Assembly: GCF_009914755.1 (NCBI RefSeq)
Contig: NC_060935.1
Length of the DNA stretch: 64,000 bases
Reading direction: 5' to 3' (one strand)
Source: the human T2T-CHM13v2.0 reference genome, Homo sapiens
Positions 1 through 18,110 of the stretch are shown here, in pieces (positions within the stretch are counted from its first letter, which is position 1; every line of letters starts with the position of its first letter). A model generated the notes under the pieces. It was not told the DNA's origin and made no database searches. It saw only the letters and a program-made list of their open reading frames with translations. Both the position numbers and the translations under genes were made by a program.

Positions 1-1247
1 TTTACATAATTTTTCCTCATATGGCAATAATTTGAGTTCAAGTCTTATCATCATTACAACATTATACATTCTTTTTGCTGTCCTCCAGTGCCTAATTTAT
101 GGCTTTATAGATAATAGGCATTCAATAAATACTGGATGAATAATCAAAATATAGGATCTCACAGGAATGAGACAGGCGCACTCAACTGAATCTTACAAGG
201 CACACAATAAGTACTTAAATATACTAGAACATAAAGCCATTCACAAGATTATTGACCCTTGTTGATTCAAACTAACATTTTGATGGGGAATAATCCAGCA
301 CATTCACTCAGATGTGGGAAACACCAGCTTTCCATGAGAATGCATCATGTCCTCTAGGTACATCTGAATTTCTAATAATTTGAATCATTTTCACTGAGTC
401 AATTAATAAACTTGTGCAATTGCCTCTTGATGGGTGGTTTCCCTCCCTAATTTGTTTCAGAGTCCTTGTTCACCCATGTATGTATCTTACAAAGAGAGGA
501 CAAGAAAAAGCCTGTGCTAGTCCACTAGAATTCTGGACCTATGTTACAATCCAGTAAAGAGAATTGTTTCTATGACACCCTTAGTTGCCCAGCAAGAGCC
601 ACAGTATGTATTTGTAATGACCCAGAAGTAATATAGGAAGAAATTAGTGATTAAATGTGACCTTGTCAACAGAAGTCAAAAAGCTACCAGAGATCTCTGG
701 CTGGGTTCAGCTTGTCCTCAGCTGCTGTGTGGAATCATTTTAGAAACCAACCCCCAGAGTTGATTCTGCTCACCTGCCAGGGTTTCTCCAAGTTTGCTTT
801 ACTCTGGTCATGACACTCTGACTTTGACAATGTCAAATTAGTTACAATGAAGGCTAGACAGAGCCCATCAAGCTTGAAGAATTAGCACCCAACAGCTTGG
901 AGGAGAGCCCAGAACATCCATGCTGCAGAAAGATGGCACAGCCAGGCATTGTCTGAGATGTAGTGTTTTTAAAAAGACATTTCTGGATAATTGTCCTGAA
1001 GGATAGCTGTTCTTTACTTGAAATTGTTTACCCACTTTTGGAGCAAGGTACTCTCAGGTCAAAATTCACCTTTCCCACACAAATAAGAAAAAGATAGTTG
1101 TGTAAAGTTAAGTTGGCACATTTTTGACCAATATATGATATATAGCAAGGAGGACTACTTGTGCTAGGTACATCAGATGATGCTGGGGATTTCTCTTGAT
1201 GTTTAATTTGAGGAATAAAATATTTGAAAGTCAGTAGCCACAAATTC

Positions 1248-1498
1248 TTTTTTTTTTTTTTTTTTGAGATGGAGTCTTGTTCTGTCGCCCAGGCTGGAGT
1301 GCGGTGGCGCAATCTCGGCTCAATGCAAGCTCTGCCTCCCGGGTTCACGCCATTCTCCCACCTCAGCCTCCTGACTAGCAGGAGGGCGCCCGCCACCACA
1401 CCTGGCTAATTTTTTGTATTTTTAGTAGAGACAGGGTTTCACCTTGTTAGCCAGGATGGTCTTGATCTCCTGACCTCGTGATCTGCCCGCCTCGGCCT
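1248..1498 (-). mobile_element. AluY-like, 5'-truncated
   Basis: Y-type segment gcaagctctgcctcccgggttcacgccattctc. T-tail at 1248-1265. TSD agta(g/a)ccacaaattct at 1233 and 1499. Confidence 0.92.
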
Positions 1499-1787
1499 AG
1501 TAACCACAAATTCTTGGGCGAAATATTCAAGACAACTGGTCAAATTAGTTAAATGGGGTAGATAGGGGAACCCGAATGGTTGTTTCACATCACATGGACG
1601 AAATAAGCAACTGATTGACTCTTTCTCCATCAGACTTGTTGATTTCCTGCCATGTTAGACACAGAATTAGATGATCTGGGACTCACAGAAGCTTGGGTTA
1701 CATGATTCTTTAGGAAAATAAATGTGACAATAATACATGCAGGGCTTTACGGTTTTTTTTTTTTTTAAAGAAATCAAGCATGCACTA

Positions 1788-2099
<312 letters not shown>

Positions 2100-4022
2100 T
2101 TATGTGGTAGTTGAGAGGTCAAGGTCTGGAGTCAGAGAGACATAGGGTTGAGTACTGGCTCTACCTTTTCCCTCTGCCTGATTTGGGGCAAGTTACTTAA
2201 CTTTCATGAGCCTTGACTTCCTTGTTTGTCAGTTGGAGGTGATGCTTATACTTCTCTCATAGGCCGTGTGAAAATTCAGTGAGATAACGTATGTAAAGTG
2301 CTTAGTAAAATGTCTGGCAAATGGTAAACACCAATAACCAGTAGCAAAGGAAAAGGAGGAGGAGGAAAGAAAAGATTAAAGAAAAATAATGTGTCCAAAT
2401 CAGAACTAGTACACAGGCTCCAGACACACCTAGCTGAGTACAGCAACCCCTCCTGATTTAAACTGTTGTGTTTTTGAAGACTCTACACTATCTCTGCTTA
2501 TCTTACTTATTTGTTTTACTGAAAAACTTACCATCTGTGAACTTTCTCATAGTAGAAAAGTCATTCTTTTTGTAAGAATAGGAACTAACCCTTCCTTTCT
2601 CCCTGCACCTGCTTCCCTCACACACAGACGCAGCTGTTAGATAAGAAATCCAGCCATAATTTTCTCATTGACCAATATGTGTTATGACTACTTGTCCTGA
2701 AAAAAACAAAATACTTTATCTTGCTCTATTAACCTAAAAAAATAAATCTTCCAGAATGTTTCTGGAATCAGGAAATGTTAAGAAAATCCTTCTCCCCGTC
2801 TTGAGTTGCAAGTTTTGACTTGAAAAAAGAATGGTTGATAACTCTCTTAGAAATTCAGTGCCAGGAAAGCTAATTAAATTCTTAAGAGTAAGTTTTCTCC
2901 TCTCATCCATAAGTTCAAGCCAAATCAGTGTGAAGAATACTTTTGGCCATGTTTACTAGATATTCAAAGTCTTAAAAGGAAGGATGCTGGAAAACCACAA
3001 AAAAAGTTAAAAAAATTAAAATGAAGGAGTTTACATAAAGATGCTGCTGAGACAGTCTTAGTCCAGGACATTTTAGCTTTCAATTCAAATAATATGAGTT
3101 CCAGGCAAAGCGGAAACTTTAATTTGTTCTTGGAACAAAGACTCTAAATGAATTCTAGTTGCTATTATCAAATCTATTTCTTATTAGAGAATAATAAGGA
3201 AGCTGCACTAGGAAAAGTCGGGCCTGGCTCCTTTGCAAGGCCAGTTGTTTGCAAGGTATAAGCTGGTGGTCTTTCTAATTTCAACTAAGAAGAAAATGTG
3301 GAAAAAAATATGATCAGAGCTGGAGTTTAACTCTCAGGGGCATCTCTCCATCTGAGAATGCTCTTGCGCCTCTTCTGCTTTGGAGAATCTGCCTCAGTGT
3401 GATCGGGTCTACATCTGAGTGAAGACTGCGTCTTGAGGTCATCCACAAAATCGGGCACTTGGAATAATTGCTAAGAAGCCCCAGTACGTGGGTTTAGGAA
3501 GGAATACATGATAGTAGTTAAGAAAAAGCACGAACTTTAGAGGCAGCCTGATTTGGATTCAAATGCCAATTTGTCCCTTGGCTGTTTGACAACCCTGATC
3601 ATACTTGACATTTGAGAGCCTTAGTTGCCTCGTTTATAAAATGAAAATAATAAAAATCTCCAATACATAAGGTTGTTGTGAAGATTAAATAAGATAACAA
3701 AGTGCTTACATGCTTCCGGACATTTAATAAGAACTCAAAAAAATTATTTATTCTATGATGTATAATTTTAATATTATTATAAATTGTATCAAGTTAATTC
3801 AAATATATTTGTGGCAACTTCTAGGTAGATCATCCAAATATGGCTAGTTAAGCTACTATCTCCCCCTGAAAACATTAACCCTATTTAATAGCACAACAAT
3901 TCCTATGGCAACGCTCCCAACTAACTAGCTGACCTATTTGTCCGTTATACAGTTGTGGTCTACTTTGGAGCTACTCCACTATACTTTCAATTCCTCCTGG
4001 AATGTATCCTGAGTCATATATC

Positions 4023-4484
4023 TGTGAAAGGAAAGTAAAATCTCCAGCCCCCAATTTACTATGTCAAATGGGGAAAAAAAAAAAGCTGAAAGTTGAATCA
4101 TGCAAGAAACTGCCTCTCCTTCTGTTCCTAAGCAGATAGCTAATAGTTAAATATCTCCACAGGTAGCTACTCTATATTCACCTTATCTTATGTAAAGTGC
4201 TGATTTACTGAGCACAAGATAAATACATAATTGTCTATTGCCCTACCAGCTTCTTTTCCCTGGCAACATGTGGATTCAGTAAAGTGACCAGACTCTCCCT
4301 CTTTTCCCTCCAGTCTGCATTTCCCCTTTAAATATGGAAGCCCTCAAAATCATCTTTGGAGAAAAGTACAGGCTACAGACTGTTTCTGTGATTCCATGTT
4401 TTTTTCTTCTGGGCATGTCTTTAACCTTGGAAATATAAACTTCTAAATTGATTGAGACCTGACTCAGATACTTTTTAGTTTACA
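4023..4484 (+). mobile_element. MER4-group (ERV1) solo LTR
   Basis: TG...CA termini (tgtgaaaggaaa...agtttaca), near 4-bp TSD tatc/tata, resemblance to the recalled MER4A consensus. Confidence 0.75.
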
Positions 4485-4692
4485 TATACAATACCTTTGA
4501 CCAATTGCAAAATTCCAAAGAATGCTGAGGTCTTTCAGAGCAATACTCTGAGTACCCATTGATCTCATAGCCCAGAATAATTTGCATTATTGGCAAAGAA
4601 AGACACCAAAGGTAATGGTGGTGGTGGTAGTGATAATGATGATGACAGTTAAATTTATATCACACTTACTATGTATAAGAATATAGTTTATA

Positions 4693-4990
<298 letters not shown>

Positions 4991-5270
4991 ACAAAGAATA
5001 TACTTTATAGATACTACCTTATTAACCCTCACTGTAACTCTGAAGAGGTAATATTATTCGTATTTACTAGATGACAGAACTAAGGCCTGGAGAGATTAGT
5101 GTCTTCCCAAAGTCTAACATCCTAGTAAAGTCATACAGCAAATGTGAACACAGGCGGTACCATTCCAGAATCCACCATCTGCCACATGTTGAGAAGCACC
5201 CTGGAACCACACAGCCCTGATTTTGAATCTAGCTCAGCCACCTACTAACTGTGTGATCTGGATGACTTAC

Positions 5271-5640
5271 TGCTGTGATCTGAACGTTTGCATCCCCCCA
5301 AAATTCATATGACGAAACCTAATCATCTCCAAGGTGATGGTATTTGGAGATGGGACCATTGGGAGGTGATTAGGTCACAAGGGTGGAGCCTTCATGAATG
5401 GGATCAGTGACCTCAGAAAAGAGGCCCAATAGAGACTCCTTGGCCCTTCTACCATGTGAGGCAGAGTGAAAAGATAGCTGTCTATGAGGAAGCAGGCCCT
5501 CACCAGACACAGAATCTCCCAGTGCCTTGATCTTGGACTTTCAAGCCTCCACAGAACTGTAAGAAATAAATTTTTGCTGTTTATACGCCACCTACCTGGT
5601 CTATAGTATTTTGTTATAGCAGTCTGAATGGACTAAGACA
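5271..5640 (+). mobile_element. MLT1A0-like MaLR solo LTR
   Basis: Runs tgctgtgatctgaacg...ggactaagaca. TSD cttac/ctttc. Confidence 0.85.
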
Positions 5641-5866
5641 CTTTCTCAACCATAATTTTTCTCATGTAGCCAAAATAACTATTAATATTTTGTAGAATTT
5701 GGGGAAGACAAATTCAGTTCCTAGCCTATGGTTGACACTCATTATGTGCTGGGTCCTACCGTTTTTGGGGATAACTCCACTCACACACCATGTTATGAAC
5801 AAAAGCACAAAATATTATGCTAAAGGGTTAATGACTTTTCCAGTTTAACACATCCATTTCCACTCA

Positions 5867-6487
<621 letters not shown>

Positions 6488-6769
6488 TCAAGATGCAAAG
6501 GGCCCTGGACCTTGGGTGAGAACACTAACCCAGGGCTTCTGATTCCCATTTGAGCAAATAACTTTTCACCTGAGCAAGGGAATGAGGCTAATCCCAACCT
6601 CACAGGAGGTTGTACTAAGCGGAATAAGAGAAATACTAGACATCCTTTAAGTACTCATTGTAGGTTACAGGCATACATGAGCAAGAAAATGTTCCTTTTC
6701 TTACACCTGTTAATAGCTAAGTAGAAAGAAGAAAACATCAACTCTAATAGTTTGAGTTCTTTGTTAGTG

Positions 6770-8600
<1,831 letters not shown>

Positions 8601-9362
8601 GTTTCTAAGTGAGAAGGCAGGACGTTAAAGGGGATCTGTTAAACAGAAAGCTGTCAATTTGGATTAAACTAGAATACAGAGCCCTCTCATGCCAGGTTTC
8701 TCTGCCACAAGGCATTCTGGGAAGATTCCCAGGATGCCCAGCCAGGAGGTAGGTCATGGCTGCTCTGCATGGGTCTTCCTTTCTGAAAATGCTGCAAGGC
8801 AGAACACCCTTGAGGCTGCCAGGGGAATGTCTGACCAACTCTGGGGAAGTTTAACTGGGGCCCAAGGCAGGACATGGGAGTTTGTGGTTCATGTGTGGAA
8901 AGTTTCTTCACAGGCAGAGTTTCATTTTCTCTCACAGTCATCCCTCACCACTCAGGAAACCCTGTCTTTCGCGTTGCCCTCAAGAGCTTTAAGGCTTGGT
9001 AAAAGACAACTTTTAGAGTGTGTGACACCATCTTTGGGTCTGGACGCTGTGTGTCAGGACTGCAAGAAGGGGATGAAGATGAAAGCAGATCTTGCATTTC
9101 ATGGGTTTTCTACAGATGACACGGCTATGCTTTAGAGGTCACCAGGAACCAAAAATGAGAGAGGGGCTTGACCGAGTTACTTCACACTGAGTCACTGGGT
9201 CTGGTTCACTGAAAGAAAAACAAGTACCAAGGTACTCTCTCTCATCTTCATCTCTCAGTCTAAATCCTCCAACAGGGAAATGTGAAATCGTCTGGAACTC
9301 CTGGTTCACAGAGAAGAACAGGGCTGAGGGAGCTGTCACCCACAATTCATCTGGTGTCTTGC

Positions 9363-9445
9363 ATTGGATTGAACCATATGAAATTGCCATTTATTTCCAT
9401 ATAAAAAGGTCAAATATTGGCAATTTCATATGGTTCAACTTAATA
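9363..9445. mobile_element. MADE2-like mariner MITE (palindromic)
   Basis: Perfect 21-bp inverted repeat ttgaaccatatgaaattgcca at 9369-9389 and 9418-9438. Confidence 0.8.
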
Positions 9446-10859
9446 TTGATAGAAACAAAACATAGCACCTGCCTCTCAGGATGCATGGTGCGAAGGGACT
9501 GTCTTTAGGGGCAGGGTGTGGAAGAGGGGTCACTTGAGGCCCCAAACGCGAGGAAGGCTGGCACAGCTCTGGGCATTCAAGGGCTAAAGTCACATGGGGT
9601 TAGGGAAGAAAAGGAGATCCACGTAAGCATTGGCTAAGAGCCTGAAGTCCGGATACCAGCCTGGATGACACTCCCAGCTCAAGCATTAAAGATTTCTTAG
9701 CCTGTCCTGCTCAGCTTTCTCATTCGTAACATATGGAGAGGGATACTCACCTGCAAGCATGTTGAGAAGATAATAACTGCTAACATGTATTGAGTGCTTG
9801 TCAACCAAGAGGTCCTCCACCAACGCTGTTTTATATAAAAGGCTTATATGACCCAGAAGAAGCTTCTCATTATATTACCATTTTTAGTCCAGGTGAAAAG
9901 GGGATCAGAGCATTTTCTCTTTTATTCCTCCCTACACCTTATCCATTTCTTTTTGCACCTAGGAGGCTCCATTGGGATTTCTTGACCCCATTACTAGACT
10001 ATAAGCTCCTTGAGGACTGAGACTTTGTTTCATTTACTTATGGCACAGGCTGGGCAGGGGAGAATGGGGAGGCTGGTATGTGGAAGGGGCAGGACCAGGA
10101 TGGATTGTGAGTTTAAGACTTGAAAGCAGATTAGCTCTAGAGACACAATTGGTTTTTGTTTAGTAAAACATCTGGTTAGATATTTTCGTGGTAAAAAGTC
10201 AGGATGCAGGCCATGATCTAGCAGGATGAGGAGAGAGGCACAGAGAGCTCAGATTACTTTACAGATGAAAAGGAGAGGGGTGTCCAGAGAGCTGGGGAAA
10301 TATTCAAAGATGGAGAACAAGGAGTCCCAAGGGGAAATTCCCAGGGGTGGGGAATACTAAAAGATTTTTTAGAAAAGGAGATGCCTAACATTACATTTTT
10401 ATTTTATGTCTGTGCTACCTGAAATTATTAACAGTGAAATAACACTTGAGATTCAACAGTCGATGAAGGGGAGACGACTTCTTTTTCATTTTATTACTCT
10501 TTTGAACTTTGTCCTTCCCTTTGCTATGAACATGCATTTATTTTGTGATATATCAAAAAATGATTTTGCTGCGCAGAACTATAGCCCTGCCCCATCCCGC
10601 CTTGATCTGCAATTATGCTGCCTCAAGTCAGAGAAACTTTGGTGAGAGAGGAAAGGACTTAGTGGAAAAGGGGCCACATTCCATGGGGAGGTTGATGTAG
10701 ACCGGAGATAAGATGTAAAAAAGAGAATTCAGTGGAAGTGGGAAATCAAAGCAAAAGACTAAGATAGACATAAGCCCCTAAAATCTTCAAAGAAAAGGTT
10801 AACGTAGGAATTAGTTTTGTTTTCCACCAGCCATGAGTGGAGGGTCAGTTAGTTAAGTT

Positions 10860-10893
10860 TGTGTGTGTGTGTGTGTGCATGTGCATGTGTGTG
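10860..10893. repeat. Interrupted (TG)n microsatellite
   Basis: Read directly. Confidence 0.85.
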
Positions 10894-11299
10894 TCTCAAA
10901 TTTTTAAAACAGCAGAACTCAGATGAGCATGCTTGGAACACCCAAGGATATCTAGATCATCTGGGTTTGAACCCCAATTCAGCCAGTTAATATCCACTAA
11001 ATTGGGATAAGTTACTTCTCTCTGAACCTGTTTTCTCAACTGTAAAACAATGATAATACTATTAGTTGCTTCATAATCTGCTGTGACTTTCAAACGAGCC
11101 CATGTAAAGTGCTTAGAACAATATCTAACACTTAAGGAGCACTCACTAAGTATTAGCTATTTGCATCCTGTATCTTTTCAATCTATTTTTTTGAAAGGAT
11201 GCATCAACTGTCAAGAGTTAACTCAAAAAAAAGTAGAGGTGCTCATATACCCACAATCAGAAACTCCTGTTTTCCTTCTCCGTCTCTAGTTCATTGCTT

Positions 11300-11430
11300 C
11301 TGGAAGGGAGAGTCCCTGGAGATTGCATCATCAGAATCACCTGGGAACTTGCTAGAAATGTCAATTCTCCAGCCCCACCTCAGATATATCTCTGGGAGAT
11401 TTTGGTGCATGCTCGAGTTTGAGAATGAAT
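11300..11430. mobile_element. MER5-like hAT-Charlie fragment
   Basis: catcagaatcacctgggaacttgctagaaatg...ccccacctcaga matches the recalled MER5A core. Boundaries approximate. Confidence 0.65.
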
Positions 11431-13155
11431 GCTCTATTCTCTCCAGAGAGGAATGCTGATGGGAGGAGCTTCAGAGCCCTCCTGGAGGGTGGAGGCTCTT
11501 TGAGGTCTTCCTTCTAAGTGCCATCTCAACTATATTCCCCAATTAGCACATGTGAGCCCAGAAAAGATCTCACTAGCAGAGTCTTATGTGAGAATTGGGC
11601 CATAGGTCCACTCGGATTTCACTTTATTTTGATTTTCCTTTTCCTACCTGTAGCCAGACACAGTTATTTATTACCTCTTCCTGGTATTGGCTCCCATTTA
11701 CCACTCCATCCTGCCTCCTTCAGAGACACTGGGGTGTCAGCAAGGTCTCATAAATATCTGCCAAGGGCTCCTGACGCAAAGGGCTTCCTGGACCCAGGGG
11801 AAGGTTCTGGTTTTAAACAGTCCCACCCATCCAGTGCTCTGGGACTCGGCATTTTTCAGGGCTCCAGAATCTTGGTTTTCACCATGACATTTACAGAGCA
11901 GCTAAGCCTGCCTGTTGAAAACCATCCAGGGCTTAGAGGGCAGTAATGAGGCTGGCTGGTCTCCAGCAGTTGGCAAACACTGTGACACATTAAATGTCAC
12001 TGTAGGCTTTGTTTGGTTTTAAATTGAAAAATTGCTAGAGTTATGAAAGCTTACAAACCTTGGCTAAAGAGGTGAAGTTTCCCCCTTTTCTTTTTCTCTG
12101 CTTTTCCTCCACAGACTACTTATCTAGGGAATGGCCAGTTGCACCCCATCTCATCTTAGCCCCCACCACCACTTACACACTAATGAGCACCCAATAGTCA
12201 CAGAGCTCACAACCAAGAGCTAGTTTCCAGAACTCCTCTTGCTGGTGAGAAAGAATGTGCCACCATTACTAATTCAAAGCAGATCTGACCTAGCTACAAA
12301 CAGCTACACACATTTTCCCAGGATCCTCTACCCTTCCTTTTTCTTTTCCTCTTAAAAGGAATGCTCGTGCTTATTTGTATACAAACATTCATCCCCAGCA
12401 GAATTCTACTCTAGGTCTTAAAACTAGAAGGGCACTCAAAGGCATTGAACCTAGACTCTTGCTTCCAACCTGATATGTTATTGCCCCATTTTACACATGA
12501 TGTAGCTGAGGCTCAGAAAGTCACTTGCCCAAGGTCCTTTAGATAGTAAGTGCAGAGCTCAGACTGAGGGCTCCTGCCTCTTAGACTCTCTTTCCCTTGA
12601 TCACACTCCTCCCTCCATTTGAGATCAGAGCCCCAGAACTGGACAACAGCTCTTCATTTGCTCCTTTCTTCCCAGCTCCAGCCTAGGATGGGGTTTTCTA
12701 TTATATGATTTCATCAACATAGTTAATCCAAATGTATCATCCTTTTTTAAAAAAAAAAAAAATTCAGCCAACTCCCTTCTGCTGACACACTTCAGCCCTG
12801 GAGTTAGGACGCTCTGCTTTCCTTTGCAAGTGTAAGCATGTGAGCACCTGCATGGGGTGATCTGGGAGGGCCCAGCCCTCCTGTTTCATTTGCTAACATT
12901 TAGGTCAGAAGTAGGCAGGGTTTTGAATGTTTCATGAAGTGACTCACATCCAACAGGCTTGAAAACAAGTGACTGCCAAGGACCAGGACCTACAATGGCA
13001 GACCCACTGGGGCTGGAAGACTTGAATTCTAAGGGTGGCCAAGACCTTGATTGTACCCCATTTGTCCTCATTGAGCCTATTTGTTTTATTTTCATGCTGA
13101 GAGAAGAAAAAAATAGGTCAAAAATATTTCTCTGGTTAGCATGCAGAATCAGGTG

Positions 13156-13496
13156 TGTCTTAGTCTGTGCTGCTATAGCAAAATACTTGAGATTGGGTAA
13201 TTTATATAGAACAGAAATTTATTTCCTCAGAATTCTGGAGGTTGGGAAATCCAAGATCAAGAAACTGGTATCTGGTAAGGGCCTTCTTTCTGCATCATGA
13301 CATAGCAGAAGGCAGAAAGACAAAGAGAGGGCAAGAAGGGGCTGAATTCACCCTTTCATAATGCACCAACCCCACTCATGAGGGTGGAGCCTTCACGATA
13401 TAATCACCTTTTAAAGGCCACACCTCTTAATATTGTTACAATGGCAATTAAACGTCAACATGAGTTTTGGACTGGACAAATATTCAAACCATAGCC
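13156..13496 (-). mobile_element. MST/MLT1A-type MaLR solo LTR
   Basis: Runs tgtcttagtctgtgctgctata...attcaaaccatagc. Confidence 0.8.
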
Positions 13497-14530
13497 CAGT
13501 GGGTGGCCCTAATAAGTGTGTCTTCTCCAACCGTTCCAACTCTGGGCCTCTCTGCTCCTCCTCCCCACTGTTAGAACACTTAGTACAAATTAGGAGGCTG
13601 TGTGGAGTTGGGTGAAGTGTCCTGACCTGGCCATACAAGCTCTGCTGTGCATCAGGCAAAAGACTCAACCCTTCTGATTCCCAGTTTTCTCATCTGGAAA
13701 TACAGCATAGGGCACCTTAAGGATTAAATGGAGACAGATGTAAAGACATTGCAGTACCCACCAAATATCACCCCTTTTCCTCACTCCTGATCATATTAGT
13801 GCATTTTTTTCCACTCAAAGGCATTTGTATTATAATGGGGGGCAGCCTCTATAATAATATTTTTTAAAAAGATGAATTTCTAATGGTGGTTTAAAGCCTT
13901 GGAAATAAGCCCAAGAAAAAAATGAGGCAATATTGTCACAGCAGGCGAGGGACCCTCAATGACCACAAGCATTGAAAAGACTTGAGAGGCAAAGAGTCAA
14001 GGGTTTAAGTAAGCAACAAGTCATGGGGAAAGCCAGCAGAACTTAAATGGCTTCCTTCGTCTTTCTTTTCATGTGGATGGACCCTAATTATCACACAGCA
14101 ACTATGTGGTTAAGAGTAGCTCACATTTATTGAGCTGCTACTATTTGCTCTGTCTCTAGACCACTGCCAATGTCTTTATTTCCCTTTTGTCCCCCTTCCA
14201 TCCATGGCCTACCCCATTCCTTTGTATCCTTCATCCCCTTCTCTCACAATCCTTCTCACCCATACACCACCATTGACTCTCAGCTGCCTTGTCTGAACAG
14301 ATGTCATGAGAAAGGCTGTCCCTTGGGGCCAATATAGGACACAGAGAATAACCAAGCTAGCAGGTAGGGACGCCACTACCACCACCTGAGAGACTGGCAG
14401 AGACAGAGATGAGGCTATTTTGTTTGCTTGTCACCTTCCGCTAAAGGTATTTCCTGAGCATTTTCTGATGATGAAGGAGCCAATCAGGAAAATCTATGGC
14501 CTTCCTTGCAGCCCTCCCAAGTTGAACTGA

Positions 14531-14863
<333 letters not shown>

Positions 14864-15032
14864 TAAGCCCCGTTGTCTGCACCAACAGCAGGCACATCTT
14901 ATGGAGAAGTCAGGCTTCTTTCTAGCCTTCCCAGCTGTCCTTCCTCCCTTCGGCCACTTGCATTTTCCTCTCTTTGGAAGGGTGGGAGTGGGAAGCAGAA
15001 ACAGACTCAAGTCCACAAAATGTGGCTTCTGA

Positions 15033-15328
15033 GGCTGGGCACAGTGGCTCACCCGTGTAATCTCAGCACTGTGGGAGGCTGAGGTGGGCCGATCACTTGA
15101 GGTCAGGAGTTTGAGACCAGCCTGACCAACATAGTGAAACCCTGTCTCTACTAAAAATACAAAAATTAGCCGGGTGTGGTGGCACATGCCTGTAGTCCCA
15201 GCTACTTAGGAGGCTGAGGCCGGAGAAATGCTTGAACCCAGGAGGCAGAGGTTGCAGTGAGCCAAGATCGCACCACTGCACTCCATCCTGGGCAACAGAG
15301 CAAGACTCCATCTGAAAAAAAAGAAAAA
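15033..15328 (+). mobile_element. AluS
   Basis: Full-length. TSD aaaatgtgg(c/t)ttctg. Confidence 0.93.
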
Positions 15329-16453
15329 TGTGGTTTCTGGCTCTTAAAATCAATGCCAATAAATGTCAGAAAATTTGCTACTGGCAAGTCAGGCAGTTTG
15401 AAAAATAAGTGTGGGCACTTTGGCCTTGGGACTCTGGGCCAGCACTTGTCACTCTGTGCCTCTGACATTGAAGACTGGCATTGCCGGAGGCCCTATCATT
15501 TAACTCCAGTGCTGGACAGGAGGCATCAGATTACATCTCACAGAACATCCAAGCCCAAGTGGGCACTTAGAGGGGATCCATTCCAACCCCCTTGTCGAAG
15601 ACCATCTGGTTAGACTTTCCCACCTTTGTGAATGGGCAGTGAGTATTCTACATGAGGAAAATGTCCTTCACTGGGAAAGGTAGCTGAACTACCATACATG
15701 GTCAAGTTCAAGTTTCTCTGCATGGCCTTTGAGGATGTCCGTCTTGCTCACCTTTCACCACGCCCTGCCTCCAAGAGTACCAGACCACTTGTACATCCTC
15801 ACACTGCTGGTAGCCTCAGTGCCTTTGTGCAGGCTGGCCTTGACTGGAATGTCCTGTCTCCCCGTCTCCCTACATACACCTGAGAAACTTTTACCTATTG
15901 GTTATGATTCAGCTCAGCTACCACTGCCTTTAGAAGCTTGAATGTGACCATAAACAAGAATTTGTCAGGCTCCAGAGGCAGCCTGACCTAGGGTCGAATA
16001 TCTGTCCATTTCTAAGTCTCTTTACCTCTATAAACCTCAGTGTCCTCATCTATAAAGTGGGAATAATAACATTTAACTTTCAAGGTTGTTAAAGAGGAAG
16101 ATGTAAAGTGCTCAGTCTAGTAGCTGGAACCTAGTGAACACTCAAATTCAGTAACCACTTTCATGTTTCTTGATATTCTCCGCTCTGTCCTTCCATTCTT
16201 GACTGGGATGAAGGCCTCTCTCTATCACTATGCTTTTATGTGTGTGCTGTGTTTTAATCACTTTACTGAAGCATAATTTACATACAACAAAACGTACCCA
16301 TTTTAAGTGTGTGTTTTGAAGAGTTTTGACAAATGTAGACACCTGTGCATACCTGTGCAGATGGAACATTTCTGTCACTCCCAAAGGTTTCCTTGTGTTC
16401 CTTCCCAGTTAATCTCTATCCCCCTATACCTGGCCCAAGAAACCACTAATCTC

Positions 16454-16758
16454 TTTCTTTTTTCTTTTTTTTTCTTAGGCAGAGTCGCACTCTGTCCCCT
16501 AGGCTAGAGGGCAGTGGCACAGTCTCAGCTCACTGCGACCTCCGCCTCCCGAGTTTAAGCAATTCTCCTGCCTCCGCCTCTTGAGTAGTTGGGATTATAG
16601 GCACATGCCACCACGCCCAGCTAATTTTTTGTATTTTTAGTAGAGATGGGGTCTCACCATGTTGGCCAGGCTGGTCTTGAACTCCTAACCTCAGATGATC
16701 CACCTGCCTCGGCCTCCACAAGTGCTGGGATTACAGGCATGAGCCACCGCACCCAGCC
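16454..16758 (-). mobile_element. AluS inserted in an old L1M fragment (about 16250-16900)
   Basis: Full-length. TSD act(a/g)atctctttct. Flanks resemble an L1 3' end. Confidence 0.9.
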
Positions 16759-17161
16759 CCAACTGATCTCTTTCTATTGATATGTGGTACATCGTCTTTT
16801 CTTAGAGCTTCATATAAATGGAATCATACAGTACATACTCCTTTGTTTCTGGCTCTATTCATTCAATATAATGTTCTGAGATTCTTTGAATGCATCAGTA
16901 GCTGGTTCCTTATTACTGTACTTTTAACCTTGTGTCATAATCTCTCTGATTCCTCCACTAGACTGTGACGCCTTCAAATATTTCATCTTTTTCTTCTTTG
17001 GTTCTCAAATAGGTCCTCAGTAAATGTGAGCGGGAAGGAGGAAGGAAGAGTGAGGGAGTTGCCATGGGGATTAGCTAAGATCTTGGTTGCAACCTTGCCA
17101 CCTGTGCATCCCTAGGAGGCAGTACTCACAGTCCCAGCAGAACCCCATCCACAGACACTTA

Positions 17162-17320
<159 letters not shown>

Positions 17321-18110
17321 TCATGGAAATGGAAAGAATCTTAGCAAAACCAACCCTGGCAATTTTAAGCTCTAATTTTCCTGCAGCCATAAAATTCATC
17401 CCCCAACCCCCACCCCGTACTCTCCACCAAGGAATAGAGAAATCTAAAGTACTAAGACCAAGGAATTAAGGATTAAGGCCTATTTGGGTACTGCTCAACT
17501 ATGATGTAAGCTTATAAATTCATGGACTGGAGCCTTATTCCCATGATGCTATCCGGTTAGTCTAATATATCACAGGGCTCAAATAAGGCAAGCGTGGCTC
17601 TAAAAGCAGGCAAGGAAATATTAAAGATAAAAACAAATCACCCTTAATCCTCCCATGGGAACACAACTGCATTCATTTCTGCTTACGCTTTTATGTCTCT
17701 GTGAGCACCAGAGGCTTTTGGACTATGTGGCAAGGGTCTAAGAAGGCCATTGCCAAGGTTAACATGAGAACTCAGAATAGCAAATATCCAGACCCAACTG
17801 AGTTGGACATCAGGGAAACAAATCAACAGATTCCAAATGACACTAAGCGTCAGGCGCCTGGATGCCTCACCATGGGCTGGAAAATACATTATTCAGAAAG
17901 GGGATGCCAAGAAATGATAATGAAAGAAAGGAAGGCTTTCTTTCTGAAGCATCTCATCAGTTCTTTCCAAGCAATGCCAGGGCCACACCCAGCACCGTTT
18001 TGAAGTTTGTCTCTGGGAGAGGGTTAATCTGGAGTTCAAGTGCCCTGTCCTGACACCAGGGAGTCTCTGTGGTCTGGCAAAGGGCAGTGACTCTTTTTCC
18101 TCTTTTCTAG

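Noticed and set aside
1-1787. Exon 11 (TLAANGKSADC...) or a GLT-1c terminal exon
   Set aside because: Not found by eye in this stretch. They presumably lie beyond the window start.
9181-9208. Possible 28-nt sense micro-exon in intron 9 (tttttctttcag ... GAA|gtaact)
   Set aside because: The donor is weak, it shifts frame, and nothing else supports it.
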